Of a stretch of 64,000 nucleotides of DNA, positions 17,235-27,568 are shown in pieces. Under the pieces are notes generated by a model that saw only the letters and a list, made by a program, of their open reading frames with translations, was not told the origin of the DNA and did not search any database. This stretch comes from an uncultured Alphaproteobacteria bacterium (GTDB taxonomy: Bacteria; Pseudomonadota; Alphaproteobacteria; Rhizobiales; Xanthobacteraceae). The DNA lies in assembly GCA_963708125.1 (NCBI GenBank), contig OY970184.1, positions 4,623,010-4,687,009 on the forward strand, given 5' to 3'. The stretch's first letter is position 1. The number at the start of each line of letters is the position of its first letter. A program made the position numbers and the translations under genes.

Positions 17235-20200
17235 CTAATTTTGCGCCGGAAAGTAGCTCGACGCTGAGCATCGAGCTCGCGTCGGCAGGGCGCTTGCCAG
17301 CTTGTCAAGCCGTGCTTTCATGAGCCGGCCGACGGGGCTAATACCATAACGTTCACGGACGAAGGATTGACCGACTGCGCCGCGCCGGCGCGCCTCTTCG
17401 GGATCAGCCACGACCTTGCGCATGATCTCGACCGCCTCAGCGAGATTGGGCTCAGCCCAGGATTGACCGTCCGAATAGTGATATTCGTGCGGCAGGACCG
17501 GGCGAAGCAAATACGGCACCGGATAACCCGTCCGGTTATTGAGGAAATTGGTTGAGCCCGAGTAGTCAGTGCCGATGACGATGCGGCCGAAGCTTAACGC
17601 TTCTGCCATGCCCAGCCCAAAGCCTTCCGAGCGGTGCAGCGAGACATAGGCGTCGGTGGCGTGGATCAGGCCAAGCATCTCCCCGCGTGACATATTGTGG
17701 TCGAGCAGGCAAATCCGCACGTCACGATCCATCGTCCGGCGGATCGCCGCTTTGAGTTCGGGATAGTGCTCGGGTGCGCCAGCGGACTTGATAATGAGAC
17801 CGACATTCTCGTCTCCCTTCGGGAACGCTTGCTGGAAGGCCTCGATCACACCGAGCGGGTTTTTGCGGAAAGGAGACGAATAGTAGTCGAAACTAAACAT
17901 GAAATAGAAGCGCGATTCCTCCAAGCCATAATGCGCACGCGCGGGAAAATCGTAACCGCTCGGTTCCATGGCCGGCGGCATGACCAGGATGGAGCCTGTG
18001 AAGACAGGCGTAAACGCCTTAGCGATGAACTCGTTTGGCGCCCAGATTTCATCGATGGCACGGAGTTTCTCGCGCCATTCCTCCGGTGCGGCTGCCAGCT
18101 CCCAATAGGGGACTAGGACCTTGTAGGACTCGTCGAGCTGGCGCGGATCGAGTGTGCGAAAGACCGCCGCAAGTTGATCAGCTGCAACTTGGATGAGGCA
18201 GATGTCATAGGCATGTGTGTCATCGTACCGCTCAGGCATATAGGGCTCGATCAGCCGCGTCTCGATGCCTACGCGAAGTGGATAGATTCCGAAGGGAATG
18301 GCTGCGGACGCGGCTGCCGCCAGATTGGCCCGGAACGCTTGGCCAAGTCCGAGCGCCCCTTCCGCATAGCCAACGAAGAGCACCCCGGGTCGATGCTCGA
18401 GCGGCTCCTGTGCATATGCCACTGCCTTCCGTGGCGAAGGTAAGTGCTTTCGGGCGATCCACGGAATCAGTGCAGTGCGTTGGCGCGCCCAAATTGCCCG
18501 GCTTTTCATGTAGGGCCTTACGACGTCGACTGAAGCAGCAATCGCGTATTGGATCCCATGCTCCTCCAACTGTCCGCCGAAGAATGTACATAAGATGCCG
18601 AAACGGCGGACGGCACGAGCAATAAATCCTTTCCGGCGAATCGAAGTGACTTCGGGCTCAGTCGAAGTAATCCGGACTGACTCCCTGGCGCCTTCATTTT
18701 CCGCAACGGCGCCTTCATCTTCAGCAATGAGCGCGTCGCGAATCGCAAAACAAGTTGCTCGCCAAGAAAACTTTGTACGGATGGCCCTGACACCACCTCG
18801 TGACAGGTCGCGGTAGCGCGTGCTGTCCATGTCGTGGGCCTCGATGAGCAGCGCGGTCAGATGCTCGACCGATGGTTCCCACCAGTCGCCGACATCAGAA
18901 AAACCTTTGTCAGAGTAGTCGGCTCGAATTTGCCTGCCTCGTAACAGTAGACTACCGTCGACTGCGAATTCCCTGATCGCGCTAAAACCGCCAAAAATCG
19001 CTGGAGTCCCGCAGGCCATCGACTCGGCGACGGAAAAACCAAAACCTTCCGCGCGGGATGAACAGACAGTGAAATCCACGCTCCGATAAATCGTGGCTAG
19101 CGTCTCTTCGTCCACTGCTGCAAGAGTCTCATAGACTGAGATCCCCATGGAGCAGTATTCGGCAATGCGGAACTGCTTCCAAATCCGGCTGCTGTCGGGT
19201 TGGTTCATGGCATCGAGTATTCCATTGCCCATTAGCACCAAACGTGCGTTGGGACGCTCGCGGCGAAATGCGCACCATGCCTTGAGCATGACGTCGAGGC
19301 CCTTGCGATATTGATTGAACCCAAACCAGAAAAAAGTCTTATTGTCGGCAAAGCGCTGCCTTGGTCCCCAAGGATGGAAGACATCGCTTTCCACCCCGAG
19401 CGGCACGTAGTGCACTCGCCTGAAACGCGCACCTTTCAGGACGTCCACGCCCCAAAGCGACGGCGCCATAACCAGTTTGTATCGATCCTTGAACTCGAGC
19501 CAGGGGACCGGCAGTTCCGATGTCTCCCAGATCGTGAACAGATAATCGGATGGTGGGGTGCCAGGATGCGAAAAGATCAACTCAGGATAGCCAGCGCGTA
19601 CAAGGCCGCTTTTCCGCAGGTAAGGGTGCAGGTTCTTATTGATGATATTCCAGGAATTGGTTTCTTTCGATTTGTGATCAGTGTGATGGACATACCTGCC
19701 AAGGAATTTCCTGGCAAACAGCTGCTTGTTCCTATCGATATAAAAGGACTTGATCAGTTTGCTCGGTTTCATCGCAAAGGTGGAGCTAGTCCAGTGCTCG
19801 ATTTGCGAATTGGGCAGGTAGGCGCAGGTGTAGCCGGCTTGGCGCAATCGGAAGCCGAAATCTGCATCTTCGTGATAGAAACCGTATTGATTGTCGAGGA
19901 ATCCGACTTTGTCGATTATCTCCATACGGATCCCGGCGAAAGTTAATTCACAGAAATCGGATTCCAGGCGATAAGTGCTGCCACTCGGCGGATTATAGTC
20001 ATGGGCGAAACTCATCGCCTCGAGATGCCAAGATACCCGGTAGGCAAGCATGCGCTTTTCCGGGAACGCTTCGTCGACGATTATCTGTGAAGGAGCAACG
20101 ATGCCAAGATTGGGGTCGACGATCAGTTCCCCCAAAAGCTCACGGATCACATCTGTCTTTAGGACGACGTCATTGTTTGCAATGAAAAGGTAATTGCACC

Positions 20201-20474
20201 CGCGCTCGCGCGCTATGCCAGCGGCGATGTTGCAGGCCTCGGTGTAGGTGTGTGGACGGCCCAGTTGGGCCAGCCCAATACCAGCGTCGCGACAGATCCG
20301 CTCGGTCTCGTCCGTGCTGCCCTGGTCAAGCACAATAGCCAGTTCGCCGGGTATTTGCAGGCTCGGCAGCATCCGCGCCAAAAGCCGACCTCCGTTGATG
20401 GATGGAATTGCCACCAGCGTCTTCCGCAGTGAGGTTTCCACGCCCATTCCCGGTTGACCTTTTGACAATAGCAT
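17235..20474 (-). CDS. very large three-module glycosyltransferase (GT2 + GT4 + GT4 fusion, about 1,080-1,115 aa)
   Basis: The N-terminal GT2-like module reads TLVAIPSINGG...DQGSTDETERI...NNDVVL...YHEDADFGFRL. The central GT4-like module contains RAEGFGFSVAESMACGTPAI. The C-terminal GT4-like module contains RSEGFGLGMAEALSFGRIVIGTDYSGSTNF. The start is uncertain: the ORF opens at 20582, and plausible ATGs lie at 20474 and 20447. Confidence 0.75.
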   Translation of the reverse strand: MLLSKGQPGMGVETSLRKTLVAIPSINGGRLLARMLPSLQIPGELAIVLDQGSTDETERICRDAGIGLAQLGRPHTYTEACNIAAGIARERGCNYLFIANNDVVLKTDVIRELLGELIVDPNLGIVAPSQIIVDEAFPEKRMLAYRVSWHLEAMSFAHDYNPPSGSTYRLESDFCELTFAGIRMEIIDKVGFLDNQYGFYHEDADFGFRLRQAGYTCAYLPNSQIEHWTSSTFAMKPSKLIKSFYIDRNKQLFARKFLGRYVHHTDHKSKETNSWNIINKNLHPYLRKSGLVRAGYPELIFSHPGTPPSDYLFTIWETSELPVPWLEFKDRYKLVMAPSLWGVDVLKGARFRRVHYVPLGVESDVFHPWGPRQRFADNKTFFWFGFNQYRKGLDVMLKAWCAFRRERPNARLVLMGNGILDAMNQPDSSRIWKQFRIAEYCSMGISVYETLAAVDEETLATIYRSVDFTVCSSRAEGFGFSVAESMACGTPAIFGGFSAIREFAVDGSLLLRGRQIRADYSDKGFSDVGDWWEPSVEHLTALLIEAHDMDSTRYRDLSRGGVRAIRTKFSWRATCFAIRDALIAEDEGAVAENEGARESVRITSTEPEVTSIRRKGFIARAVRRFGILCTFFGGQLEEHGIQYAIAASVDVVRPYMKSRAIWARQRTALIPWIARKHLPSPRKAVAYAQEPLEHRPGVLFVGYAEGALGLGQAFRANLAAAASAAIPFGIYPLRVGIETRLIEPYMPERYDDTHAYDICLIQVAADQLAAVFRTLDPRQLDESYKVLVPYWELAAAPEEWREKLRAIDEIWAPNEFIAKAFTPVFTGSILVMPPAMEPSGYDFPARAHYGLEESRFYFMFSFDYYSSPFRKNPLGVIEAFQQAFPKGDENVGLIIKSAGAPEHYPELKAAIRRTMDRDVRICLLDHNMSRGEMLGLIHATDAYVSLHRSEGFGLGMAEALSFGRIVIGTDYSGSTNFLNNRTGYPVPYLLRPVLPHEYHYSDGQSWAEPNLAEAVEIMRKVVADPEEARRRGAVGQSFVRERYGISPVGRLMKARLDKLASALPTRARCSASSYFPAQN

Positions 20475-21121
20475 TGATTTTCCGAACGATTTTTGAGCGA
20501 TCAGAGTTATAGTGATCTTTTGCAAGCTCGAACTTGGCCTACCGAAAATCCGTCTGGCTCTCTGCGCCTGGTGTGATTGCATAAACAGGCTACAAGGCTA
20601 GCCGAGTACGCGATGGATGTAGGGCAATAGCGTGCAAATAGACCCCTTCGCAATCGTATCTCAAGGAATTTTGTGCCGAAATCAAGATGTACGGCGATTC
20701 GAATCACGTACCCGGTTCGTAACTTGCTGGCCGAGGCGTTGCAGTACGCGCTACCCCATGCCACCAAATCGTTCTTCGGTACGGGTCAGCATAGGCTGGA
20801 GCTGCTCCGCAACGGCACGCGCGTCACAGGCGTGATGCTGGCGAGCTTCAACCGTTGGAACGAGCAGTGATCTCCGCGAGCAGCCTCGCGACCCAAATTG
20901 CCGGCGCAAAAAAAAGGAGGCCAAAAGGCAACCGCGTAGTGCGGGCGAAGGATTGCCCGCATGCCATACGAACGAGTACAGATGTAAGCGCCGAGACGGC
21001 CGCGATCTCGATCGCGATGGCAACACTCATCCAATTAAGCCACAGCCCGCCTGCAACGGCAAGTTCGACATCCCCGAGCCCGAGCGCTCCGCGAAGTCTG
21101 ATGAAGCGATAGCTCGCGAAA

Positions 21122-21988
21122 ATGACAGCGATTGTTGGTCACGTCGGCCGCGATGCGGCCGAGTCCGAGCTCTCGAACCGCGAACATGCACGGCCGCGCT
21201 CACTTACGCGCGAAGAACACGACAAGATCCTTGCACTCGGTAAAGACCTCAAGCGTGCCTGGTTCGCTCCCACGACGAGCGATCGCGATCGCAAGGAGTT
21301 GCTCCGCACGCTGCTCGAGGATGTCACCTTGAGAGTCGAACGCGATAAATACAACGCTCATCTGACGCTGCGCTGGCGCGGTGGACTCTTTAGCGATGTT
21401 GACGTGCCGTTACCACACTCGCATCCATCGCGCGATCCGTACGGCTGACGATACGATCGACCTGCTGCGACGATTGGCTGTACATTATCCCGACACCAAA
21501 ATTGCCGGTATTCTCAATCGCCAAGGTCGCACAACAGCCACAGGACTGCCGTTCACGGCAAATCGCGTGGCGAGCCTGCGCACGCATTGGAAGATCCCGT
21601 GCTTCGAGCCGAAACAGCGAGTACAGGATGGCGAGTGCATGACCATCGAGAAAGCAGCACGCGCTCTCGGGATCGCACCCTCTACGTTGCACCGCTTGCT
21701 CAATGTCGGCTTCATTGCCGGAGAGCAGATCACACCCGGAGCACCGTGGCGCATCCGAGTCAACAGCGAATTGCGTTCGCGCTTTGCGGAAACGCGCCCG
21801 AAGGCTACGTGAAGATGTTCAAGGCCATGAACCTACTTGGCGTCTCGCGGCAAACCATCTTGCAGCGTGTAAAGCGTGGCGAGCTCAAGGCCGTTCACGT
21901 CTACCGCGGAAGGGCAAAAGGCATTAGAATTCAAATGCCTGCAGCCACTCAAAATCTCTTCGACCCTCTCAAAAACCTGAAGGTGTAA
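21122..21988 (+). pseudogene. large serine recombinase, C-terminal remnant in at least three frames
   Basis: ...DRDRKELLRTLLEDVTLRVERDKYNAHLTLRWRGG..., then TIDLLRRLAVHYPDTKIAGILNRQGRTTATGLPFTANRVASLRTHWKIPC...GEQITPGAPWRIRV, then LLGVSRQTILQRVKRGELKAVHV. There is no N-terminal resolvase domain. Confidence 0.65.
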
Positions 21989-22141
21989 TATGAAGAGACT
22001 TCCATGGCTCGCTCAAAAGCGGTCGCGTCGTGTAACGAGATGTCCCTGCAGCCACGTCTCGCTGGCCTCTTCGTCGATCTTGTCGAGCCGACGCCGCACC
22101 GCATCCTCGCAGACCACCTCCGCTGGCGAGCGCAGGCTCTT

Positions 22142-22411
22142 TCGTCCATGGCCGTGCGGATGCTAAGATCGGGCGAAGAGACGGGGCAGCTCGCGACTTT
22201 GAGCAGTCGGGTAACGGGATTCTATGAGGCCAAGCTGCAGCGTAGCCCCGGATTGTCGGAATCGCCGGTCCGTGCGATTATTGGCATCAGCGTCGTCGGC
22301 GGCGGGCTGATCGTCTCAGTCATGACCTCGTTGCTATCCGTGAGTCAGATTGTGCGTCATGAGGTGGGCTATGACAACGGTTACGGGACAGACTGCGCAG
22401 CGCAATCGTAG
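22142..22411 (+). pseudogene. type II secretion GspF, C-terminal fragment
   Basis: SMAVRMLRSGEETGQLATLSSRVTGFYEAKLQRS...AIIGISVVGGGLIVSVMTSLLSVSQIV resembles the last GspF repeat and TM segment. The preceding roughly 300 residues are missing. Confidence 0.6.
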
Positions 22412-22832
22412 GCGACTGCGCCGTGCGGCACGGGCCGGATTTACCCTAATCGAAATGTTGGTGGTGATCACGATCATCGGCCTGATCATGGCCCTGGTCG
22501 CGCCACGTGTGCTCAATTACTTGACGGAATCGAAGGTCAAAGCGGCAAAAATTCAGATCGCGAGCTTTTCCAGCGCACTCGATCTCTATTACCTCGATGC
22601 GGGGCAATATCCCTCTTCATCCGAGGGTCTTGAAGCCTTGGTGAAGCGACCGTCGGACGTGGCGGCCTGGAATGGTCCGTACTTAAAGGGCGGCGTCGTT
22701 CCCGAAGACCCGTGGGGACGCGACTACGTCTATCACTCTCCGAGCGAACATGGGGCCTATGATATCATTTCCTATGGTGCCGATGGACAGCAGGGCGGAC
22801 CTGCAAGTGAGATCACGAGCTGGGCACATTAA
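22371..22832 (+). CDS. gspG: type II secretion major pseudopilin GspG
   Basis: Prepilin leader plus GFTLIEMLVVITIIGLIMALVAP, followed by the GspG core (KAAKIQIASFSSALDLYYLDAGQYP...PWGRDYVY...YDIISYGADGQQGG). Confidence 0.85.
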   Translation: MTTVTGQTAQRNRRRLRRAARAGFTLIEMLVVITIIGLIMALVAPRVLNYLTESKVKAAKIQIASFSSALDLYYLDAGQYPSSSEGLEALVKRPSDVAAWNGPYLKGGVVPEDPWGRDYVYHSPSEHGAYDIISYGADGQQGGPASEITSWAH

Positions 22833-23660
22833 CGCGCAAACAGGATTCTGCTTGAAATTATTTGCGTCCTTGCGATCATCGCCCTGCTGGCGACCATAGC
22901 CTTGCCGCCCCTTCCCCGGCGTACGTCTGTGTGGGGGATCGAAGCTTACGCCCTGGAGACGGCCGCTTTGCTCAATGCCATCATGACGCGGCGCAGCGGC
23001 AGCATCGGGACGTTGCCACCGTCATTGACGCCACCTCGCGGCGATCCTCTCCGGAGCGCCCGGTCACGTGCTACATGGCCATCCGACGTCGCCGTCCAGA
23101 GCCTTTGCTGCGCGCTGCAACGACCAAGCGGCCGGCGAGACATCCGGAACGTCACTCACGCGCGAAGGCGCCGAGGGTTGTGACCGTCCACTGAGCCCGA
23201 CGCGCCCGGCAGCGCGCCGGCTTTACGCTGATCGAGCTCCTGGTGGCACTGCCGGTGATCGCGATTTCGCTCGCCGTCATCGGATCGGTCATGGCGGCGA
23301 ATGTGCGCGGCACCACCACGGTCTATCAGCGCCTTTTCGCTGGTGGACGGCGCAGTAGCTGCTGACGGCCTTGCCGGCGATAATCGCCGGCGCATCGACG
23401 TGCTGCCGTTTTCCCCGACTTCGTCGACCCGACCCATTCGACGTCGTCATCCGCGTGGAATCGCCAACGCGAGAGATGCTCCGCCTGATACCGTTCGCCT
23501 GCGCCAGGCCAGCGGAGGCCGATGATGCGGCGCGCCGCGGACCCCTGGGAGCAGGGCGGGCTATACGCTGGTCGAGGCGACGCTCGCGACGCTGCCTATG
23601 GGCGCGTCGCAAGGCGTCAACGTCGGCGCACTTGAATTCGCCAATTCGGTTCGTGGTGAT
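22833..23660 (+). pseudogene. remnants of minor pseudopilin genes (gspH/I/J-like), no intact ORF
   Basis: Prepilin-type N-termini appear in different frames: LLEIICVLAIIALLATIALP (about 22850), GFTLIELLVALPVIAISLAV (about 23215) and GYTLVEATLATL (about 23560). Confidence 0.55.
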
Positions 23661-23760
23661 CCGCTCGCCCTACCGTGTTGTGTCTTGCGATGCACGACCT
23701 GACAGATGAGATTTCCGCTCAGTCAGGCGCGGATCCGACCTTTGGGGACCTTCGCCGGCG

Positions 23761-24131
23761 TCATGTTCCGATGCTGGCTCCCAATGCCAGCCGATCCGCG
23801 ACGGCGCGCAAGCGCTTACCGCGCGTCCACAACGTTGCCCCGATGTCAATCGTGCCGCTGCAAGCAGATGCGCATCGACGTAGCCAATTCCGAATCCAAA
23901 CAGCTCGTGCAGTTCGATGAAATGCAGGATTTCGTCGTTTGCCGCGACGATGGCCTGTGGCAACACACGCAAGCTATCTAGAAGAAGGTTGCGCTGCCGA
24001 AGATTGCCCAGCGCAAGCTCGCCGATGACGAATGGGTTCCCCAAGACCTCTCCGGTCTCAAGCAGTTCCACAAGGGTGCGGTTGCGCGATCGCAGATGAT
24101 CGACCCACACGGAAGTGTCAACCAGTATCAT
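23761..24131 (-). pseudogene. vapC: VapC (PIN) toxin, frameshifted near its 3' end
   Basis: MILVDTSVWVDHLRSRN...GNPFVIGELALG...GYVDAHLLAAARL. The expected tail GATLWTRGKRLRAVADRLALG is in another frame, and the usual D of the WTRD motif reads G. The start overlaps the vapB stop as ATGA at 24128-24131. Confidence 0.75.
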
Positions 24132-24325
24132 CTTCGCGCCAACCGCCGTCGTCGCACGACCACCAGATCGCGCTCACTGCCCCCAAGCCGCGCCAGCCGC
24201 CGTGCTCCCTCTCGCTCGATCAAGGCTTTCAAGGCTTCGCGAACCAGAACTGATTTCTCCTTGAGGCCACTGAATTCCTGGGCTTTCGCCAGCAATTCAT
24301 CGTCGAGCGCCAACGTCGTACGCAT
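24128..24325 (-). CDS. vapB: VapB-type antitoxin (65 aa)
   Basis: MRTTLALDDELLAKAQEFSGLKEKSVLVREALKALIEREGARRLARLGGSE... Confidence 0.8.
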   Translation of the reverse strand: MRTTLALDDELLAKAQEFSGLKEKSVLVREALKALIEREGARRLARLGGSERDLVVVRRRRLARR

Positions 24326-24758
24326 CGAAATCTCCCTGATCGCATCGCATTTGGCATCGAATGATGCCGAATTCAATGCCTCGCCAAACGGCCTCAAACG
24401 CCTCCTCCGCAGGGCGCAATGACGCCTCATCGAAAGATGTTGTGCCTAACCCGCTGCAATGGCGTTAGCCTGACTACCCCGAGGAATAAGGTCAGTTTCG
24501 GTATAGGCTTACCCCATCTCGCCAGGGTGAGCGCCGCCCATGATTCCAGGCCCGGGTGTCGCGCCGTGCCGGCAAGCACTCCCTGGAAGGGTGTGTGGGC
24601 GATCGGCACCTGCCCCGGCGCGCAAAATTACCGCATCGGCTACGACCTTAGAAAGCGAGCAAACAAACGGGCGCTCGCGAAGGCCGCTTCGGTGCTCCAC
24701 GGCTCGCAGCCTGGAATGACCTTCTTGCCAATAGTAGCGTGCACCGCGCGCATTCTCG

Positions 24759-25781
24759 ATGTCGGTGCAACCCGCAGGTGCCAGCGTTCTCCTGCTGCTC
24801 GACTGCCTACGTGCCGACGGCGATTTGATCGATTATCGGCCGAATGATAGATTGACGGCGGTGACGGGACGACGGGTCTTCTCAAGCCAGCCGCATTCAA
24901 GCGCGAAAGCGCGGCGGAGTCTTGCGGGCGGGAGTCTTGCCGTGCGGCAGAGCATTTTCTCCATCGATGTTGAGGACTGGTTCAATCTGTCGGGCACCGG
25001 CCATGAGCCGCCACCTTCGGAGTGGGACCAGCTCGAGAGCCGCATCGAGCGGAATTTTCGCGGCCTGTTGGAGCTTCTGGCCGAGGGCGGCGGCACGGCG
25101 ACCTGTTTCGTCGTCGGCTATTTCGCCAAGCGCTTTCCGCATCTCATTCGCGAAGCCGTCGCCATGGGCCACGAAATCGCCTCGCACGGCTATTTTCATC
25201 GTCTCGTCTACGATCTCTCGCCGGCCGACTTTCAACAGGACGCTCTGGCCTCGCGCAAGCTGCTTGAGGATATTTCCGGTCGGCCGGTTCGCGGCTTCCG
25301 CGCGCCAGCCTTTTCGGTCACTGCGCTCACGCCGTGGTTTTTCGACAAGCTCGCCGAGGCGGGTTATCAGTATGATTCTTCCGTGTTCCCGGCCCCGCAT
25401 CAGACCGGCGGCCTCACCAGCGGCCGACTGACACCGCACAACGTCCGCAGTTCCGCCGGCATTATCGCCGAATTCCCCATCACCGTGGTGCCGGTGTTCG
25501 GCGCGCCGATCTGTTTCTTCGGCGGCGGCTATCTGCGGCTGTTTCCCTATCCGCTCATCCGCGCCATGGGCCGGCACGTTGTGCACGACGAGCGCCCCGT
25601 TGTCTTTTACGTCCATCCGCGCGAGATCGACCCCGAGCAGCCGCGCCTGCCGCTGAGCCTGCGGCGCAGGTTCACTTGCTACGTGAACCTCTCCACCACA
25701 CGGTCGAAAATAAAACGCATCCTTGGCGATTTTCAGATCACCTCGTTCGAGCATTACCTTTCCACGAGGACGATCGAGTGA
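24759..25781 (+). CDS. polysaccharide deacetylase family protein (DUF3473 / PEP-CTERM-locus type)
   Basis: SIFSIDVEDWFNL...CFVVGYFAKRFPHLIREAVAMGHEIASHGYFHRLVYDL...RGFRAPAFSVT...VFYVHPREIDPEQP. The start is uncertain. Confidence 0.75.
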   Translation: MSVQPAGASVLLLLDCLRADGDLIDYRPNDRLTAVTGRRVFSSQPHSSAKARRSLAGGSLAVRQSIFSIDVEDWFNLSGTGHEPPPSEWDQLESRIERNFRGLLELLAEGGGTATCFVVGYFAKRFPHLIREAVAMGHEIASHGYFHRLVYDLSPADFQQDALASRKLLEDISGRPVRGFRAPAFSVTALTPWFFDKLAEAGYQYDSSVFPAPHQTGGLTSGRLTPHNVRSSAGIIAEFPITVVPVFGAPICFFGGGYLRLFPYPLIRAMGRHVVHDERPVVFYVHPREIDPEQPRLPLSLRRRFTCYVNLSTTRSKIKRILGDFQITSFEHYLSTRTIE

Positions 25782-26428
25782 GCGACCGCACGGCAGCCTT
25801 CTTCGATCGTTACGCGGTCGATTTCAATGCCATTTACGGCAACAGCAATCGCGCCTTCGAGGGCCTCGTCAACCGCCTCTTTCGCCGCGCAATGCTGGTG
25901 CGCTACGAAAAGACGCTGGCCCACTGCCGGCCGATCGAGGGCCTAAGCGTTATCGACATCGGCTGCGGGCCTGGCCACTACAGCGTAGCGCTGGCGCGCG
26001 CCGGTGCCGCGCAGGTTTTGGGCCTGGATTTTGCGCCCAGCATGCTGACGATTGCCTCCGCATCCGCGCAGGCCGCCGGCGTGGTGCAGTGCTGCTCCTT
26101 CGTGCGCGGCGATTTTCTCACCTATCAGCTGCCCGATCAGTTCGACTACGCGATCCTCATGGGCTTCATGGATTACGTCAGTGATGCGCGCGCCGTGGTC
26201 GATCGCGCACTCGCCATCGTGCGCCGCCGCGCCTTTTTCAGTTTTCCCAAGGCGGGCGGCCCGCTCGCCTGGCAACGGCAGTTGCGCTACCGCAGCCGTT
26301 GCGACCTCTATCTGTATCGCGAGGAGCAGGTTCGCGCGCTGTTCGCGGCAACGGGCGCGCCATTCGCCATCGAGCGAATCGGACGTGACTTTTTCGTCAC
26401 CGCCGGCCCTAAGGCGGCGGCAGCCTGA
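25778..26428 (+). CDS. class I SAM-dependent methyltransferase
   Basis: A GTG start overlaps the upstream stop as GTGA. Motif I is VIDIGCGPGHYSVALARAGAAQVLGLDFAPSML. Confidence 0.75.
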   Translation: MSDRTAAFFDRYAVDFNAIYGNSNRAFEGLVNRLFRRAMLVRYEKTLAHCRPIEGLSVIDIGCGPGHYSVALARAGAAQVLGLDFAPSMLTIASASAQAAGVVQCCSFVRGDFLTYQLPDQFDYAILMGFMDYVSDARAVVDRALAIVRRRAFFSFPKAGGPLAWQRQLRYRSRCDLYLYREEQVRALFAATGAPFAIERIGRDFFVTAGPKAAAA

Positions 26429-26587
26429 GCTTCGGCGCTCATGCCGATCCTTCCTGCTCCCCGCGCGCCGTCCTCAATCGTGCTGCCCCGTGGGCGGCGA
26501 CCCGCAACCAACTGCCCTGCCGAGTCTGGTCCGATACCGGGATGGATACCCGCGTGCGCGGGAATGACGGGAGCTGATCAATCGGAT

Positions 26588-27568
26588 TCACAGCTTCCCG
26601 GCTAACATCGCCGTCGCCAGCCCGATATTCCCGAGGAGCGTCTGCCGGTAGACGCCGGAGCGGATGAGCCCGTAGGACCGCGGCACAAGGCTGCGCTTAC
26701 GCGCCCAACGGAACAGATTAAAAGTCTTGCGGTTCTGCTCCGTCATTGCATCCTCGATGCGCTCCAATGCACCTACGTTCATCTCGGCCCAGCTGCTATA
26801 GCGACCGCGCCAGACCATTGCGGCGCGCCGAATCTGTGCCACCATCGAGCTGTTGGAGCCGATCACGTTGCGCGCGTGGATCCGATAAGACACCCTTGGC
26901 AGGTTGTCGTAGAGCATCTGCCCGCCGACCGCAGTGACCGCCAGATAAATCCACCAATCGTGCGAGGGTACGGTCACTTCCGCACCGGCGCGCATCAACA
27001 ACCGTCGGGCCGCTTCGTTGAGCACCATGGTGTTGCCGCTGGCCAGACTCTGCGCCAAAGCATTGCGGAAATGCGGCGGCTTTCTGTAGTGCAGCGACGA
27101 CCTGATCTTAAGCCCACTTTCGTCGATCAGGCGGGTCCGGGAACAATAAACAACCGGCTCGGCAGAAGACGCGCCTATCAAAGATAAACGCGCGTGCGTC
27201 AGCTTGTCGGAATCCCACACGTCGTCTTGATCAGAGGGGGCATAATAGTCGGCTTCGATGGCCGGATCACAAAGCAGCGATAGAAAATTGGCGACGAACC
27301 CTTTGCCTGGCCCCTGTCTGATCTGTACTCTGGACGCGCCGTGCTTCCTGCGAAAGTCCTCCAAGAGCGCCAGGGTATCATCTTGCGATCCGTCGTCCGA
27401 GGCGAACAGGAGCCAGTCGGAGAAATCCTGGGCTTCATAGGACGCGAGCTGGAGCGGGAGAAACCGCGCTCCATTGAGGGTGCAAAGGAGGATCGCGACA
27501 GTCCCGCTTTGCGACCCCAGAGCTTTAAGGCTGTTGGGCTGAGCCCGACCTGCAATGTCGGCCATCAT
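26588..27568 (-). CDS. family 2 glycosyltransferase (326 aa)
   Basis: VAILLCTLNGARFLPLQLASYEAQDFSDWLLFASDDGSQDDT...APSDQDDVW. Confidence 0.8.
   Translation of the reverse strand: MMADIAGRAQPNSLKALGSQSGTVAILLCTLNGARFLPLQLASYEAQDFSDWLLFASDDGSQDDTLALLEDFRRKHGASRVQIRQGPGKGFVANFLSLLCDPAIEADYYAPSDQDDVWDSDKLTHARLSLIGASSAEPVVYCSRTRLIDESGLKIRSSLHYRKPPHFRNALAQSLASGNTMVLNEAARRLLMRAGAEVTVPSHDWWIYLAVTAVGGQMLYDNLPRVSYRIHARNVIGSNSSMVAQIRRAAMVWRGRYSSWAEMNVGALERIEDAMTEQNRKTFNLFRWARKRSLVPRSYGLIRSGVYRQTLLGNIGLATAMLAGKL

Noticed and set aside
26549-26562. GC hairpin CCCGCG-TG-CGCGGG between the convergent methyltransferase and GT2 genes as a bidirectional terminator
   Set aside because: The loop is too small for the full stem and there are no flanking T or A tracts. 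A terminator is plausible but unsupported.
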